DNA of 64,000 bases from positions 186,001 to 250,000 of the IMG/VR virus record IMGVR_UViG_3300030329_006583. One strand, given 5' to 3'. The stretch's first letter is position 1. Each line of letters opens with the position of its first letter. Positions 26,848-35,473 of the stretch are shown in pieces. Below the pieces are notes generated by a model. It was not told the DNA's origin and ran no database searches. It saw only the letters and a program-made list of their open reading frames with translations. The translations under genes were made by a program, and so were the position numbers.

Positions 26848-27477
26848 CTAAACAGCAACTGCCTCTTTTATAAAAAAAACAGAATTTTCTTCCATTATTT
26901 TTTTTGCCAATACCTTCCGCATACCCGGATTAACATGTAATGCGTGGGGCATCATATTGTGTCGAATAAAATTTCTCATGTATCGCGTATCATCATTGGA
27001 CACATCTTCCACATAAGGAACCCCTTTACGATCACACCAAGCATGCAACACACTCTTCGGGGTGGTCAAAAAAGGGCGAATAACATTTTGATTAGAATAA
27101 GGGGTGAGTGCCGGTTTGCCATGAAGGGATGAAAACAACCACCATTCACACACATCATCCAGGTGATGGGCTGTTACCACAGGGGTTTTCAACCCATGCA
27201 AAAATGCATATCTTTCATCCCGCCAATATTCTTCCCAGCTTTGCGATCCCACCTTCTTCATGGAAGTAGATCCTGTAATCAGCTTGAGGTTATGCGATTC
27301 ACAATAATCTTGTACAAAACTTTGGGCGTAGCCAGAATGGGGGGTATTATGATTAAAATAGGCCACTTCAATTTCACGGCCGCCGCGGCGGAGAAAATCC
27401 AGTGCCGCCATCGAATCCACCCCGCCTGAACAGGCCATTACGATCTTTTTAGGTACCTGGTTTAACAGCCTAATCAT
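26848..27477 (-). CDS. tilS: tRNA(Ile)-lysidine synthetase, catalytic domain only
   Basis: ACSGGVDSM PP-loop, AHHLDD..E, IRPFL, D.SN...Y.RNFIR; 209 aa. Confidence 0.88.
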   Translation of the reverse strand: MIRLLNQVPKKIVMACSGGVDSMAALDFLRRGGREIEVAYFNHNTPHSGYAQSFVQDYCESHNLKLITGSTSMKKVGSQSWEEYWRDERYAFLHGLKTPVVTAHHLDDVCEWWLFSSLHGKPALTPYSNQNVIRPFLTTPKSVLHAWCDRKGVPYVEDVSNDDTRYMRNFIRHNMMPHALHVNPGMRKVLAKKIMEENSVFFIKEAVAV

Positions 27478-27501
27478 GACAAATCAATTATATTCACATT
27501 T

Positions 27502-27780
27502 TTGATTGAGTACAACGATTTAATAAAAATACTTATATGCATGGACCCAACGTTAATTATACTCACCTTCGGAAGCATTGTGGGATGTTTTTCCCTAGGG
27601 TTTAGTTTGGGAACCTACCTCGAAAGAAAACGCATAATTTCTCAGTATGAATGGGATTTAAATATTATGGAACGCCTAAGCAGAATTGAGGATACAGTAT
27701 CCGAATTTGAAGAATACGAAGAAAACGAATTAGATGGAATCAAATTAATTCGCATTCAATTTAATCGAACCGAAGATTAA
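27502..27780 (+). CDS. membrane-anchored hypothetical protein
   Basis: TM segment followed by a charged tail. Confidence 0.5.
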   Translation: MIEYNDLIKILICMDPTLIILTFGSIVGCFSLGFSLGTYLERKRIISQYEWDLNIMERLSRIEDTVSEFEEYEENELDGIKLIRIQFNRTED

Positions 27781-27785
27781 AAAAT

Positions 27786-27825
27786 TAAGGCACCTCTAAC
27801 CCCGTGCCTTCCTGCGGTTATATCA
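27786..27825 (-). repeat. 40-nt repeated 3'-UTR element, copy 2
   Basis: 35/40 identical to 665-704; begins 1 nt after the stop of 27827-28189. Confidence 0.75.
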
Positions 27826-27826
27826 C

Positions 27827-28189
27827 CTATTCAGAATCAACAGCGGGTGTAGTCTCACTGTTCTTGTTCTCAATAGCCTTAATAGTACTGTCATCACCAG
27901 TAACGTCACTAGTACCAGGTGTGCCTTCTTTGATGGTATTAACCTGAGGCGTGGTGGTGCCCGTTGTAGGTGTAGTCTCACCAGTAACCTGGGGTGTTGT
28001 AGTGGTGGGGGGTGTCGTTGGTGTAGTCGTTGTTGTCTCCGTTACCGTATCCGTGGTGGTTGTAGCCGCCGCAGAAGGTTCAGGGGCTTTGTTCACCAAA
28101 CCGTCAAAAGCACCAAAAAAATACAAAGCAACCAAAGACGCCCCAATTAAAATAAGCGTCAATTTATTTTCTTTAATAAAGTTTTTCAT
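27827..28189 (-). CDS. membrane-anchored Thr/Pro-rich protein
   Basis: N-terminal TM, then TTTTPT repeats. Confidence 0.7.
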   Translation of the reverse strand: MKNFIKENKLTLILIGASLVALYFFGAFDGLVNKAPEPSAAATTTTDTVTETTTTTPTTPPTTTTPQVTGETTPTTGTTTPQVNTIKEGTPGTSDVTGDDSTIKAIENKNSETTPAVDSE

Positions 28190-28549
28190 TTATTCTTCCT
28201 CCTCTTCTTCATCAGATTCATCTCCATCCTCAGAAGCTTCATTTTCGTCAATATCGCCGGATTCCTGATCGTCACCTGCTGCATCAACTGCCTCTTCTTC
28301 CTCGGTTGATTCCTCGGAATCAACTTCCTCTTCAGCAGATTCCTCCGCAACGTCTCCTTCCGTTTCCATCACATCTCCGGAATCATCCGCCACGTCACCG
28401 GTGGCATCTTCATCCTCAACTTGTGGGGTGATAGATTCCTCAACAGAAACAGTCTCCTCATCACACTCACAACCAATAGTCGTGAATACAAGACCAAGCG
28501 CAAATACGCTAATTAACATGCACATTAGTGCGAATAAACGATTCATCAA
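28190..28549 (-). CDS. acidic putative lipoprotein
   Basis: Signal peptide ending TTIGC, then an Asp/Glu-rich tail; GGAGG SD. Confidence 0.7.
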   Translation of the reverse strand: MMNRLFALMCMLISVFALGLVFTTIGCECDEETVSVEESITPQVEDEDATGDVADDSGDVMETEGDVAEESAEEEVDSEESTEEEEAVDAAGDDQESGDIDENEASEDGDESDEEEEEE

Positions 28550-28606
28550 AAACCTCCTTACAGATTCTATTGTATTTTTGAATCTAGAGATTATATATCA
28601 CATCCC

Positions 28607-29221
28607 TTATTTGTTTAAATCCAATTCCATACCTTCGGAAGCCAATTGGTGTGAATGAAACGTAAGGATTGTTTCTTCCCGGGTTTTAAATTCCTCTATG
28701 CGATTAATCGCCTCTTTTGCGCGGGTTTTTTCAGCTTTTATCTTATTACGTAATTCTTCTACAAATTGTGAATTATAAGAGTGCAACAAGATTATATCAC
28801 CATATGCACAAAATTTAACTTGAAGGGATGATTTATGATAAGAGGCATTGAGTGATGGGAAAAGAAAGAGTTCACCTAACTGTTTGGCTTCTGGTGTGCT
28901 GTTAGCATATACATAACCCAACCTTAAATACCCCCAACTAACCGTTATTTCATATATCCCCTCCCCTCCGTTCCGTACCAAATTGGTAACCGGTTCCTCC
29001 AACCGCCCCCACAAGCGCGTTAAGCGCCGGGTCAGTGTGGCTTTACGTCGGCCAAGAGAATACCGGGATTTCCCATCAAAAAAACGATGCAAAAGATAAG
29101 ATTGAACCTGAATCTCTGAATGGAGATTTAAACCAAAGAGGGTTTTGGCATCATACTCATGACGCGGCGCCTTCCGAAGAAGATCATCAACTATTCGATC
29201 TCGCTCTTTATCCCTCAGCAT
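28607..29221 (-). CDS. hypothetical protein
   Basis: 204-aa ORF. Confidence 0.6.
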   Translation of the reverse strand: MLRDKERDRIVDDLLRKAPRHEYDAKTLFGLNLHSEIQVQSYLLHRFFDGKSRYSLGRRKATLTRRLTRLWGRLEEPVTNLVRNGGEGIYEITVSWGYLRLGYVYANSTPEAKQLGELFLFPSLNASYHKSSLQVKFCAYGDIILLHSYNSQFVEELRNKIKAEKTRAKEAINRIEEFKTREETILTFHSHQLASEGMELDLNK

Positions 29222-29232
29222 TCATTTGCACG

Positions 29233-30072
29233 CTACCTTCTCTTGCGAATGTCCTTAACATTCACCTCTTCCACATCTCCATTTACCAACAGATCTTGCA
29301 CCACTGCGCCGTTCTTTTCATTCACACGTGGTTCCGAAACCACAATGGCAGCTGGACGATTACCTGCCCAAATATTCCTGTAACGCATAGAACCGACTGG
29401 ATGTTTTCCGTCTGTAAGTTCTCGCAAAGGCCCCTTGGCACCCTCCAAGACCTTGTTGCAAGACCATTCATCAATTCGCGGCTCATCAGGCAACGGATAA
29501 TCAGATGGGTTTGGTGCACCCGCTTCAGCCATCACCAATTGATGTGCCTCATTACGAACACTCCATTCCAGCCATGTCGATACAGTTCGTAGAGCCTTTG
29601 CCGTTCCCCCACGGTGAGCAAAATAATAGGCCCCCTTGTGAGAAAGAATAGAAGCTGCGGCTTGAAGAAGCGGGATATCCGACGGGCGGAACTTACCATT
29701 CTGCCTGATATGTTCCGCCTCCTTCAGCATCGCATCGAGAAAGTCCTTTTGTTTCCCTGAAAGTTCATTGCCACGAACAACATTCCCTGCAAAATCTTGG
29801 AGAACTGAAACTCGATGTTGCATACCATCCAGGGCAGCTGCATCTTGAATTTCCTTAAGGAGTTTAGGATCACCTTGCGGTTGAGGGGCCCCGTCTTCGA
29901 TGAGGTTATCCAGCCAGTTGCGCTGTTTCTTGCTAAGGCCTTTGCCTCTTTCAAGGCGAGAAATCATATCACGGACAAAGCGCATACGATAATCATTAGC
30001 CAATCCAACACTAGAACATGCCTCTAAAAGCTGAACTGATTGTGAAAGCCTAAGTTCTCTAGATTTCCTCAT
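29233..30072 (-). CDS. hypothetical protein
   Basis: 279 aa; AGGAGG SD; repeated LS.KQ..(W/F)LD motif. Confidence 0.7.
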   Translation of the reverse strand: MRKSRELRLSQSVQLLEACSSVGLANDYRMRFVRDMISRLERGKGLSKKQRNWLDNLIEDGAPQPQGDPKLLKEIQDAAALDGMQHRVSVLQDFAGNVVRGNELSGKQKDFLDAMLKEAEHIRQNGKFRPSDIPLLQAAASILSHKGAYYFAHRGGTAKALRTVSTWLEWSVRNEAHQLVMAEAGAPNPSDYPLPDEPRIDEWSCNKVLEGAKGPLRELTDGKHPVGSMRYRNIWAGNRPAAIVVSEPRVNEKNGAVVQDLLVNGDVEEVNVKDIRKRR

Positions 30073-30104
30073 AGAATCGCCTCCTTTTCCTTCCTGACAA
30101 TTCT

Positions 30105-30133
30105 ATTATAACTATATCTCGAACTTTTTGCAC
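30105..30133 (-). promoter_or_regulatory. recurring promoter motif
   Basis: GTGCAAA-N16-TATAAT. Confidence 0.65.
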
Positions 30134-30145
30134 GCCATCAAGCGT

Positions 30146-30373
30146 TTATTTTGTTTTTTGTTTGAGCTTTTTTTTATTCTTTTTTGATGGTTTTGGGTTA
30201 GTCGGGGGTTTGCGAACCTTGATATTGAAATCACCGTCGGCGGTTTTTTTCACCTTCACTTCCCACGTTGGGTTTTGCTCTATTAATGAATTACGAGCAG
30301 CATCAGCCTTGGCATAATTTGTGAATGTTTTTACAACGTCCCATGGTTTTCCATGAATCATATTTTCACTCAT
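30146..30373 (-). CDS. small basic protein
   Basis: 75 aa, Lys-rich tail; GGAGG SD. Confidence 0.65.
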   Translation of the reverse strand: MSENMIHGKPWDVVKTFTNYAKADAARNSLIEQNPTWEVKVKKTADGDFNIKVRKPPTNPKPSKKNKKKLKQKTK

Positions 30374-30375
30374 TA

Positions 30376-30546
30376 CTATCTCCTCCCTTGACCACGTCGT
30401 TTTTTACGATAAGTCCCCGAAGGACGTGATCCACCAGGGCCACCACCCTTGTGACCATGTTTACTAAATTTTCCGTTACCAATACGGGTTTTTTTAGGAC
30501 CATTACTATTAAGCTTGTTTTTATTGGATGATACTTTTCTTGCCAC
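30376..30546 (-). CDS. 56-aa very basic Gly/Lys/Arg-rich protein (not in the ORF track)
   Basis: GTG start after GAGGA; MARKVSSNKNKLNSNGPKKTRIGNGKFSKHGHKGGGPGGSRPSGTYRKKRRGQGRR. Confidence 0.65.
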   Translation of the reverse strand: MARKVSSNKNKLNSNGPKKTRIGNGKFSKHGHKGGGPGGSRPSGTYRKKRRGQGRR

Positions 30547-30547
30547 C

Positions 30548-30790
30548 TTATTCCTCCATGGTGGGTGTTAGTAAGGGTGATTCACTTACCAGGTTTCTCA
30601 AAAATTTGTTCTCATTCATCAATTCTTCATTACGTTGATAAAGACTCTTTATTCGTATTTTGTATTCTATTTCATCTCGCACAATTTCTGTCAATTCACG
30701 TGTACGTTCATCCATCAACGTTTTTAATCTTTCATTTTCACGAATTAATGCCTCAAGTTTTTCTTCCATCTTTTCAAAGGGCGCTGACAT
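30548..30790 (-). CDS. coiled-coil protein
   Basis: Heptad pattern; GGAGG SD. Confidence 0.6.
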   Translation of the reverse strand: MSAPFEKMEEKLEALIRENERLKTLMDERTRELTEIVRDEIEYKIRIKSLYQRNEELMNENKFLRNLVSESPLLTPTMEE

Positions 30791-30804
30791 ATAAACCTCC
30801 TACA

Positions 30805-31839
30805 TTATACACTTTGTTGATACAACCGTAAAGCCTCAATTTGACGTTCATTTAAATTTTGAGGAATAACAATTTCCACCTTTGTTAAGTGATCGCCTCG
30901 CCTTCCTTTGTGATCCTCTATCCCTTTACCTTTCATTCTCAAAATGGAATTAGGTTGAGTGCCGGCCGGAACATTAATATCCGTCAGGCCATGTACTGTC
31001 TTCACCTTAGTCATTCCCCCTAGGGTTGCAGTAACCATATCTACATGTAATACATTAAGCACATTAAGACCATCCCTACCATAATACGGTGATTGTTGAA
31101 TTCTGACGTATACGTTCAAATCACCAGGTGGCATTACGGATTGGGTGCTTTCGCCTTTTCCTTTAATTTGAACCACATCACCATCATCAATCCCCTTCGG
31201 AATTTGAATCTCAATGCCTTCCTTATTTACAACCTTCCCTTTACCGGTACAACTTTGGCACTTTTCTTTTATTGTTTTCCCATGCCCGCCACAAGATGGA
31301 CATGTGGTAGTAACACTAAAAAACCCTTGCTGCCCAATCACCTGCCCTCGGCCTCCGCATGTAATGCATGTTTGCGGCAATGTACCAGGTTTACAGCCGG
31401 AACCAGAACAAGTAACACAATTAACATAACGTTCAAGTTCTAGAGTGCGTACACAACCTTTAACCGCCTCATCAAAAGACAACGGAATTTCTACGTCAAT
31501 ATTGCGATTGCGCTGGACGCGATGAGTTTGTCTTCCAAAGAAATCACCGAAAATACTACCAAATTGATCAAAGATATCCCCAAATCCCGCAGAGGTGGCC
31601 CCAAATCCATCAAAATTAAACGCATCATGTCCACCAGCGTCATATTGTGCACGTTTCTCCGGATCACTTAATACCGCATATGCTTCACTAATTTCCTTAA
31701 ACTTTTCTTCTGCCTTAATATTATCTGGGTTTTTATCTGGATGATATGTAACGGCAAGTTTACGATAAGCTTTTTTGATTTCTGCCCCGGTGGCATTTTC
31801 ACTTACCCCTAACAAGGTGTAATAATCTTTTTTTGACAT
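30805..31839 (-). CDS. dnaJ: chaperone DnaJ
   Basis: J domain with HPD, G/F region, four CxxCxGxG repeats, C-terminal domain. Confidence 0.95.
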   Translation of the reverse strand: MSKKDYYTLLGVSENATGAEIKKAYRKLAVTYHPDKNPDNIKAEEKFKEISEAYAVLSDPEKRAQYDAGGHDAFNFDGFGATSAGFGDIFDQFGSIFGDFFGRQTHRVQRNRNIDVEIPLSFDEAVKGCVRTLELERYVNCVTCSGSGCKPGTLPQTCITCGGRGQVIGQQGFFSVTTTCPSCGGHGKTIKEKCQSCTGKGKVVNKEGIEIQIPKGIDDGDVVQIKGKGESTQSVMPPGDLNVYVRIQQSPYYGRDGLNVLNVLHVDMVTATLGGMTKVKTVHGLTDINVPAGTQPNSILRMKGKGIEDHKGRRGDHLTKVEIVIPQNLNERQIEALRLYQQSV

Positions 31840-31842
31840 GGA

Positions 31843-33312
31843 TTATTCCGATCTTCTCTTAAACTCTTTCATTAATTTTTCCGCCTGCTCCTCATATTCT
31901 GCGAGATTTGCCCAAGATTTATCAGGGGAAAGCATACTTTCATCAATTCCATTAAATTTTACCGGAATTTTCAAACCTGTATAAGGATGAAGTTGATAAT
32001 CTGCTTTTTTTAATGTTCCATCATGAATACCGGCTATTATCTTTCGAGTTACATCGATGGGCATACGATGGCCTATCCCATACCCGCCACCGGTCCACCC
32101 TGTATTAACAAGCCAACAATCTACTTTATGCTTCTCAATTTTTCCCTTTAATAAGTGTGCATATTCCTGAGGAAACCGGGGCATAAATGGTGCGCCGTAA
32201 CAATAGGAAAAAGTTGCCTCCGGTTCTTTCACCCCTGCCTCGGTGCCAGCCACCTTGGCCGTATACCCCAGAAGAAAGTGTTGTACAGCTTCCTCGGGAG
32301 TAAGCTTGGAAACCGGGGGTAGAATCCCAAAGGCATCACATGTTAACATTACAACATTGGCTGGATGTCCAGCGGCACCAGTTTTACTGGAATTACTAAT
32401 ATATTCAATTGGGTAAGATGCACGTGTGTTCTCTGTGAGTGTTGCATCATTAAAATCTGGGGTTCTATCATCATGAAGGATAACGTTCTCTAGAATGGCA
32501 CCGTGCCTTTGGCAGGCATTCCAGATTTGTGGTTCAGCTTTCGCGTCAAGCCGAATCACCTTGGCATAACAACCGCCTTCAAAATTATAAAGACCTGTGT
32601 CCGACCAAGAGTGTTCATCATCCCCAATCAATACCCGATCTTCCTCCGACGAAAGTGTTGTCTTACCTGTCCCAGACAGTCCAAAAAATATTGCCGGAGC
32701 CCCTCCATCCTCTGCGGTGTTCACAGAACAATGCATGGGCAGAATTCCTTTTGCCGGCAGAAGAAAATTCAGAACAGTGAATACGCTTTTCTTAATTTCC
32801 CCGGCATAATAAGTACCGCTAATCAATATTTCTTGTTCTTGAAATGAAATGAGAACCATAGGATCTGAGGTAAAGGTCGGTGCGGCATAAATCGTCCATT
32901 CATCTTCTTGCCCTGTTAACATGTGTTCAATCAATTCGGGCCTAACAAACATATTCCTTGCAAATATACTGTGCCACAATAATGTTGTATTGACTTTAAG
33001 CCTCAAAGTGTTTGCAGGATCACGATTGGCGTAAAGCGTTTGTGTATATATTCCGGTTTCCCCCGCTTTTGCAAGGTGCTCTTTCATCCTATCACGGGTA
33101 TACAGAAATTCGTGATGGGTAATACTTTGATTGGCATCCCAATTAATTTTTCCTTGCGTAATGGAATCACACACAATAGATTTTGCCTTAGGTGAACGAC
33201 CCGTGCAATCGCCGGTAGCGGTGACCAAGGCACCACCCCCAGATTCATTAGCTTCCCCCAATTGGAGGGACATCCGTGTTAATTCTTTTAATGAAAATTC
33301 ATCTAATAACAT
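31843..33312 (-). CDS. pckA: phosphoenolpyruvate carboxykinase (ATP)
   Basis: TGRSPK, YAGEIKK, PMHCS, FFGLSGTGKTTLS, IGDDEH, NFEGGCYAK, ENTRASYP. Confidence 0.95.
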   Translation of the reverse strand: MLLDEFSLKELTRMSLQLGEANESGGGALVTATGDCTGRSPKAKSIVCDSITQGKINWDANQSITHHEFLYTRDRMKEHLAKAGETGIYTQTLYANRDPANTLRLKVNTTLLWHSIFARNMFVRPELIEHMLTGQEDEWTIYAAPTFTSDPMVLISFQEQEILISGTYYAGEIKKSVFTVLNFLLPAKGILPMHCSVNTAEDGGAPAIFFGLSGTGKTTLSSEEDRVLIGDDEHSWSDTGLYNFEGGCYAKVIRLDAKAEPQIWNACQRHGAILENVILHDDRTPDFNDATLTENTRASYPIEYISNSSKTGAAGHPANVVMLTCDAFGILPPVSKLTPEEAVQHFLLGYTAKVAGTEAGVKEPEATFSYCYGAPFMPRFPQEYAHLLKGKIEKHKVDCWLVNTGWTGGGYGIGHRMPIDVTRKIIAGIHDGTLKKADYQLHPYTGLKIPVKFNGIDESMLSPDKSWANLAEYEEQAEKLMKEFKRRSE

Positions 33313-33323
33313 TTATACTTCCT

Positions 33324-34247
33324 TTAAGCGGCGGCAATTAAGTGTTTAAAATCTTCAAGGTATTTAAACAACGCCTGTTCTTTGGCTTTACATTCTAACA
33401 CCACATCCAAATCTAACCCCAAATCTTGAAAAGGTTCATAATAATATGTAGAATGTGTACATGCAGGAACTTTGGGATCCTCGTATTTTTTCTTGGAATT
33501 AGAATGATGACATGTAGGTGTCACATCCCCCCAAGTTGAAGCCGCCATATGAAGAGCCTCAGAATAAGACTGATCTTGTGGACCTAATTGAAAGTGGTGT
33601 GAATCAAATACAATAGGAATGCCGACTCGGCGGTATACGCCATCATATAATTGTTTAGTAGAAAACATGTTTCGTTTGTCATCATTCTCAACGGTTAACC
33701 TCCTTTGAGTTGTGGGTTGTAGCAATTCAAAATTTTTGCAAAAGCGAGCCAAAGCAGAGGCACGATCTCCATAGGCACCACCAACATGAATGTTAATCTT
33801 GGAATTATGATCAGCAGGCATGCCTAACATGTCCATAATAATAGCATGATTGTCTAATTCCCTAAGGGCATTATCTACCACGTGTTTTTTAGGGCTGGCG
33901 AGGACACAAAATTGACCGGGGTGAAAAGACAATCGCTGACCACTATGATGAGCCATGCGGCCGGTGGATGCCAACACTTTACGGATCTCCGATATATCCG
34001 GTAAATCATCGAAGCGATATTCTGACATCCACGGAAAGAGGCACGAACTAATGCGAAATACGCCTACGTTGTGTTCATTATTCCATTCCACAATTCGCTG
34101 AAGTGATTTTACATTGCTTAATGCAATTTCACTAGCGTAAGGCAAACCCTTGGCCAACCATGTCCTTTTAATCATTCCGCGGTTGGCGCTAATCTTTTCT
34201 TTTTTTTGTAGGGTCATATTAATACAGGCATATCCGAATCGGGTCAT
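33324..34247 (-). CDS. uvsE: UV DNA damage endonuclease
   Basis: FGYACIN, FRISS, RLSFHPGQF, INIHVGG, LTVENDD, FDSHH, VLECKAKE. Confidence 0.92.
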   Translation of the reverse strand: MTRFGYACINMTLQKKEKISANRGMIKRTWLAKGLPYASEIALSNVKSLQRIVEWNNEHNVGVFRISSCLFPWMSEYRFDDLPDISEIRKVLASTGRMAHHSGQRLSFHPGQFCVLASPKKHVVDNALRELDNHAIIMDMLGMPADHNSKINIHVGGAYGDRASALARFCKNFELLQPTTQRRLTVENDDKRNMFSTKQLYDGVYRRVGIPIVFDSHHFQLGPQDQSYSEALHMAASTWGDVTPTCHHSNSKKKYEDPKVPACTHSTYYYEPFQDLGLDLDVVLECKAKEQALFKYLEDFKHLIAAA

Positions 34248-34271
34248 ACATCACTCCTAAAGTTTTGTATA

Positions 34272-34301
34272 ATTCTATAATAGAAATGCCAAAATTTACA
34301 C
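34272..34301 (-). promoter_or_regulatory. recurring promoter motif
   Basis: GTGTAAA-N17-TAGAAT upstream of uvsE. Confidence 0.55.
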
Positions 34302-34320
34302 GCAAATTATGAAATTAATT

Positions 34321-34797
34321 TTAACCCAGGCCCTGGAATCCATTGGAACCTGTGAGCATCTGCCGTATGGGATTTGACGGAACGGTTGTTAAACCCGCTA
34401 TAACGTGAATCGTCGCCGCACCACCATAACCTCCGTCACGGAAAAAAACCCCGCTGGCCTTTACCTCATACGGGCCGGCATAGGTACCTCCCTCAAACAC
34501 CTTTATGTAATTACGATTAGAACCGGTGAGATTGTAGCCTGGGTTGGGGGTTGTGACCCCGGCGGTGGCACTTGAACCATGTGTACCATTTGCGGTAAAA
34601 CCCATCAAAATAGGCGCAGTTCCACCAACTCCATGCTGTGCCACGTAGATCCATCGCGATACAAAAGGGAAGTGAAAATGGATGAAAGGATTAGAACCAT
34701 CGAGCTCACCAGTAAGCGAGGAACTCACGTATGGAATCCCGGATAACTGGTACTCTTGCACGTTGTTGTGATCATTTGCAGGCCAATTTAAACTCAT
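34321..34797 (-). CDS. putative virion protein, paralog 2
   Basis: MSLNW...YQ.SGIP.V.SS; clear similarity to 34802-35242. Confidence 0.65.
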   Translation of the reverse strand: MSLNWPANDHNNVQEYQLSGIPYVSSSLTGELDGSNPFIHFHFPFVSRWIYVAQHGVGGTAPILMGFTANGTHGSSATAGVTTPNPGYNLTGSNRNYIKVFEGGTYAGPYEVKASGVFFRDGGYGGAATIHVIAGLTTVPSNPIRQMLTGSNGFQGLG

Positions 34798-34801
34798 TTA
34801 A

Positions 34802-35242
34802 TCACCCAATTCCCTGGAAACCGTTTGAGCCCGTAAGCAATCGCCTCAAAGGATCGGCTGGAACATTTGTTAAGCCCGCTATTACCTGAACGGTGCTGGC
34901 GCCGCCTTCACCTTGGAAATAAAGATCTGTGCAACGTACCTCTATGGGTCCCAAGGATTTCCCGGCATCGACCACCGCGTAATTCATGTTTGAACCCGTG
35001 GGACTGTAAGCGCCTAGGTTTGCAGCCAGAATACCGTTTGCGGTAAACGACATTTTAAACCCATTACCTTGTTCAGTACATACCACTTGAATCCAGCGTG
35101 TAACAAATGGGAATCTTATATGAACCAAATCACCGGCACCGGCAGTCACCTCATTATCTAGCGATGAGGTAACAAACGGAATTCCTGACTGTTGATATGC
35201 TGGCACATAATTATGATTGTTTCCAGCCCAATTTAAACTCAT
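34802..35242 (-). CDS. putative virion protein, paralog 1
   Basis: Shares N-terminus and C-terminal LTGSNGFQG with 34321-34797. Confidence 0.65.
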   Translation of the reverse strand: MSLNWAGNNHNYVPAYQQSGIPFVTSSLDNEVTAGAGDLVHIRFPFVTRWIQVVCTEQGNGFKMSFTANGILAANLGAYSPTGSNMNYAVVDAGKSLGPIEVRCTDLYFQGEGGASTVQVIAGLTNVPADPLRRLLTGSNGFQGIG

Positions 35243-35292
35243 CTTTATCTCTCCATGGAAGCATTATCAGGTTATAATTAGTACCCTACTTA

Positions 35293-35457
35293 TTATTTTA
35301 TCATTCCTAACTTTCGTAAATAGTCTCTTATTTTATTACGATACTTTTCTTCCATTCCGGGTTGGTCTAACATGAGATTATTTTCATCAGCCTGTTCATA
35401 AGGGGAACTTAATTCATGACGTACCGATTCCCTGACAAAACGGCGTAAATGTTTCAT
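35293..35457 (-). CDS. small protein with a type-B-like leader
   Basis: MKHLRRFVRES; start re-assigned. Confidence 0.55.
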   Translation of the reverse strand: MKHLRRFVRESVRHELSSPYEQADENNLMLDQPGMEEKYRNKIRDYLRKLGMIK

Positions 35458-35473
35458 TTTTAATCGTATTTTT

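Noticed and set aside
27827-28549. Tandem DNA repeats in the Thr-rich and Glu-rich genes
   Set aside because: This is amino-acid low complexity with no regular nucleotide repeat unit.
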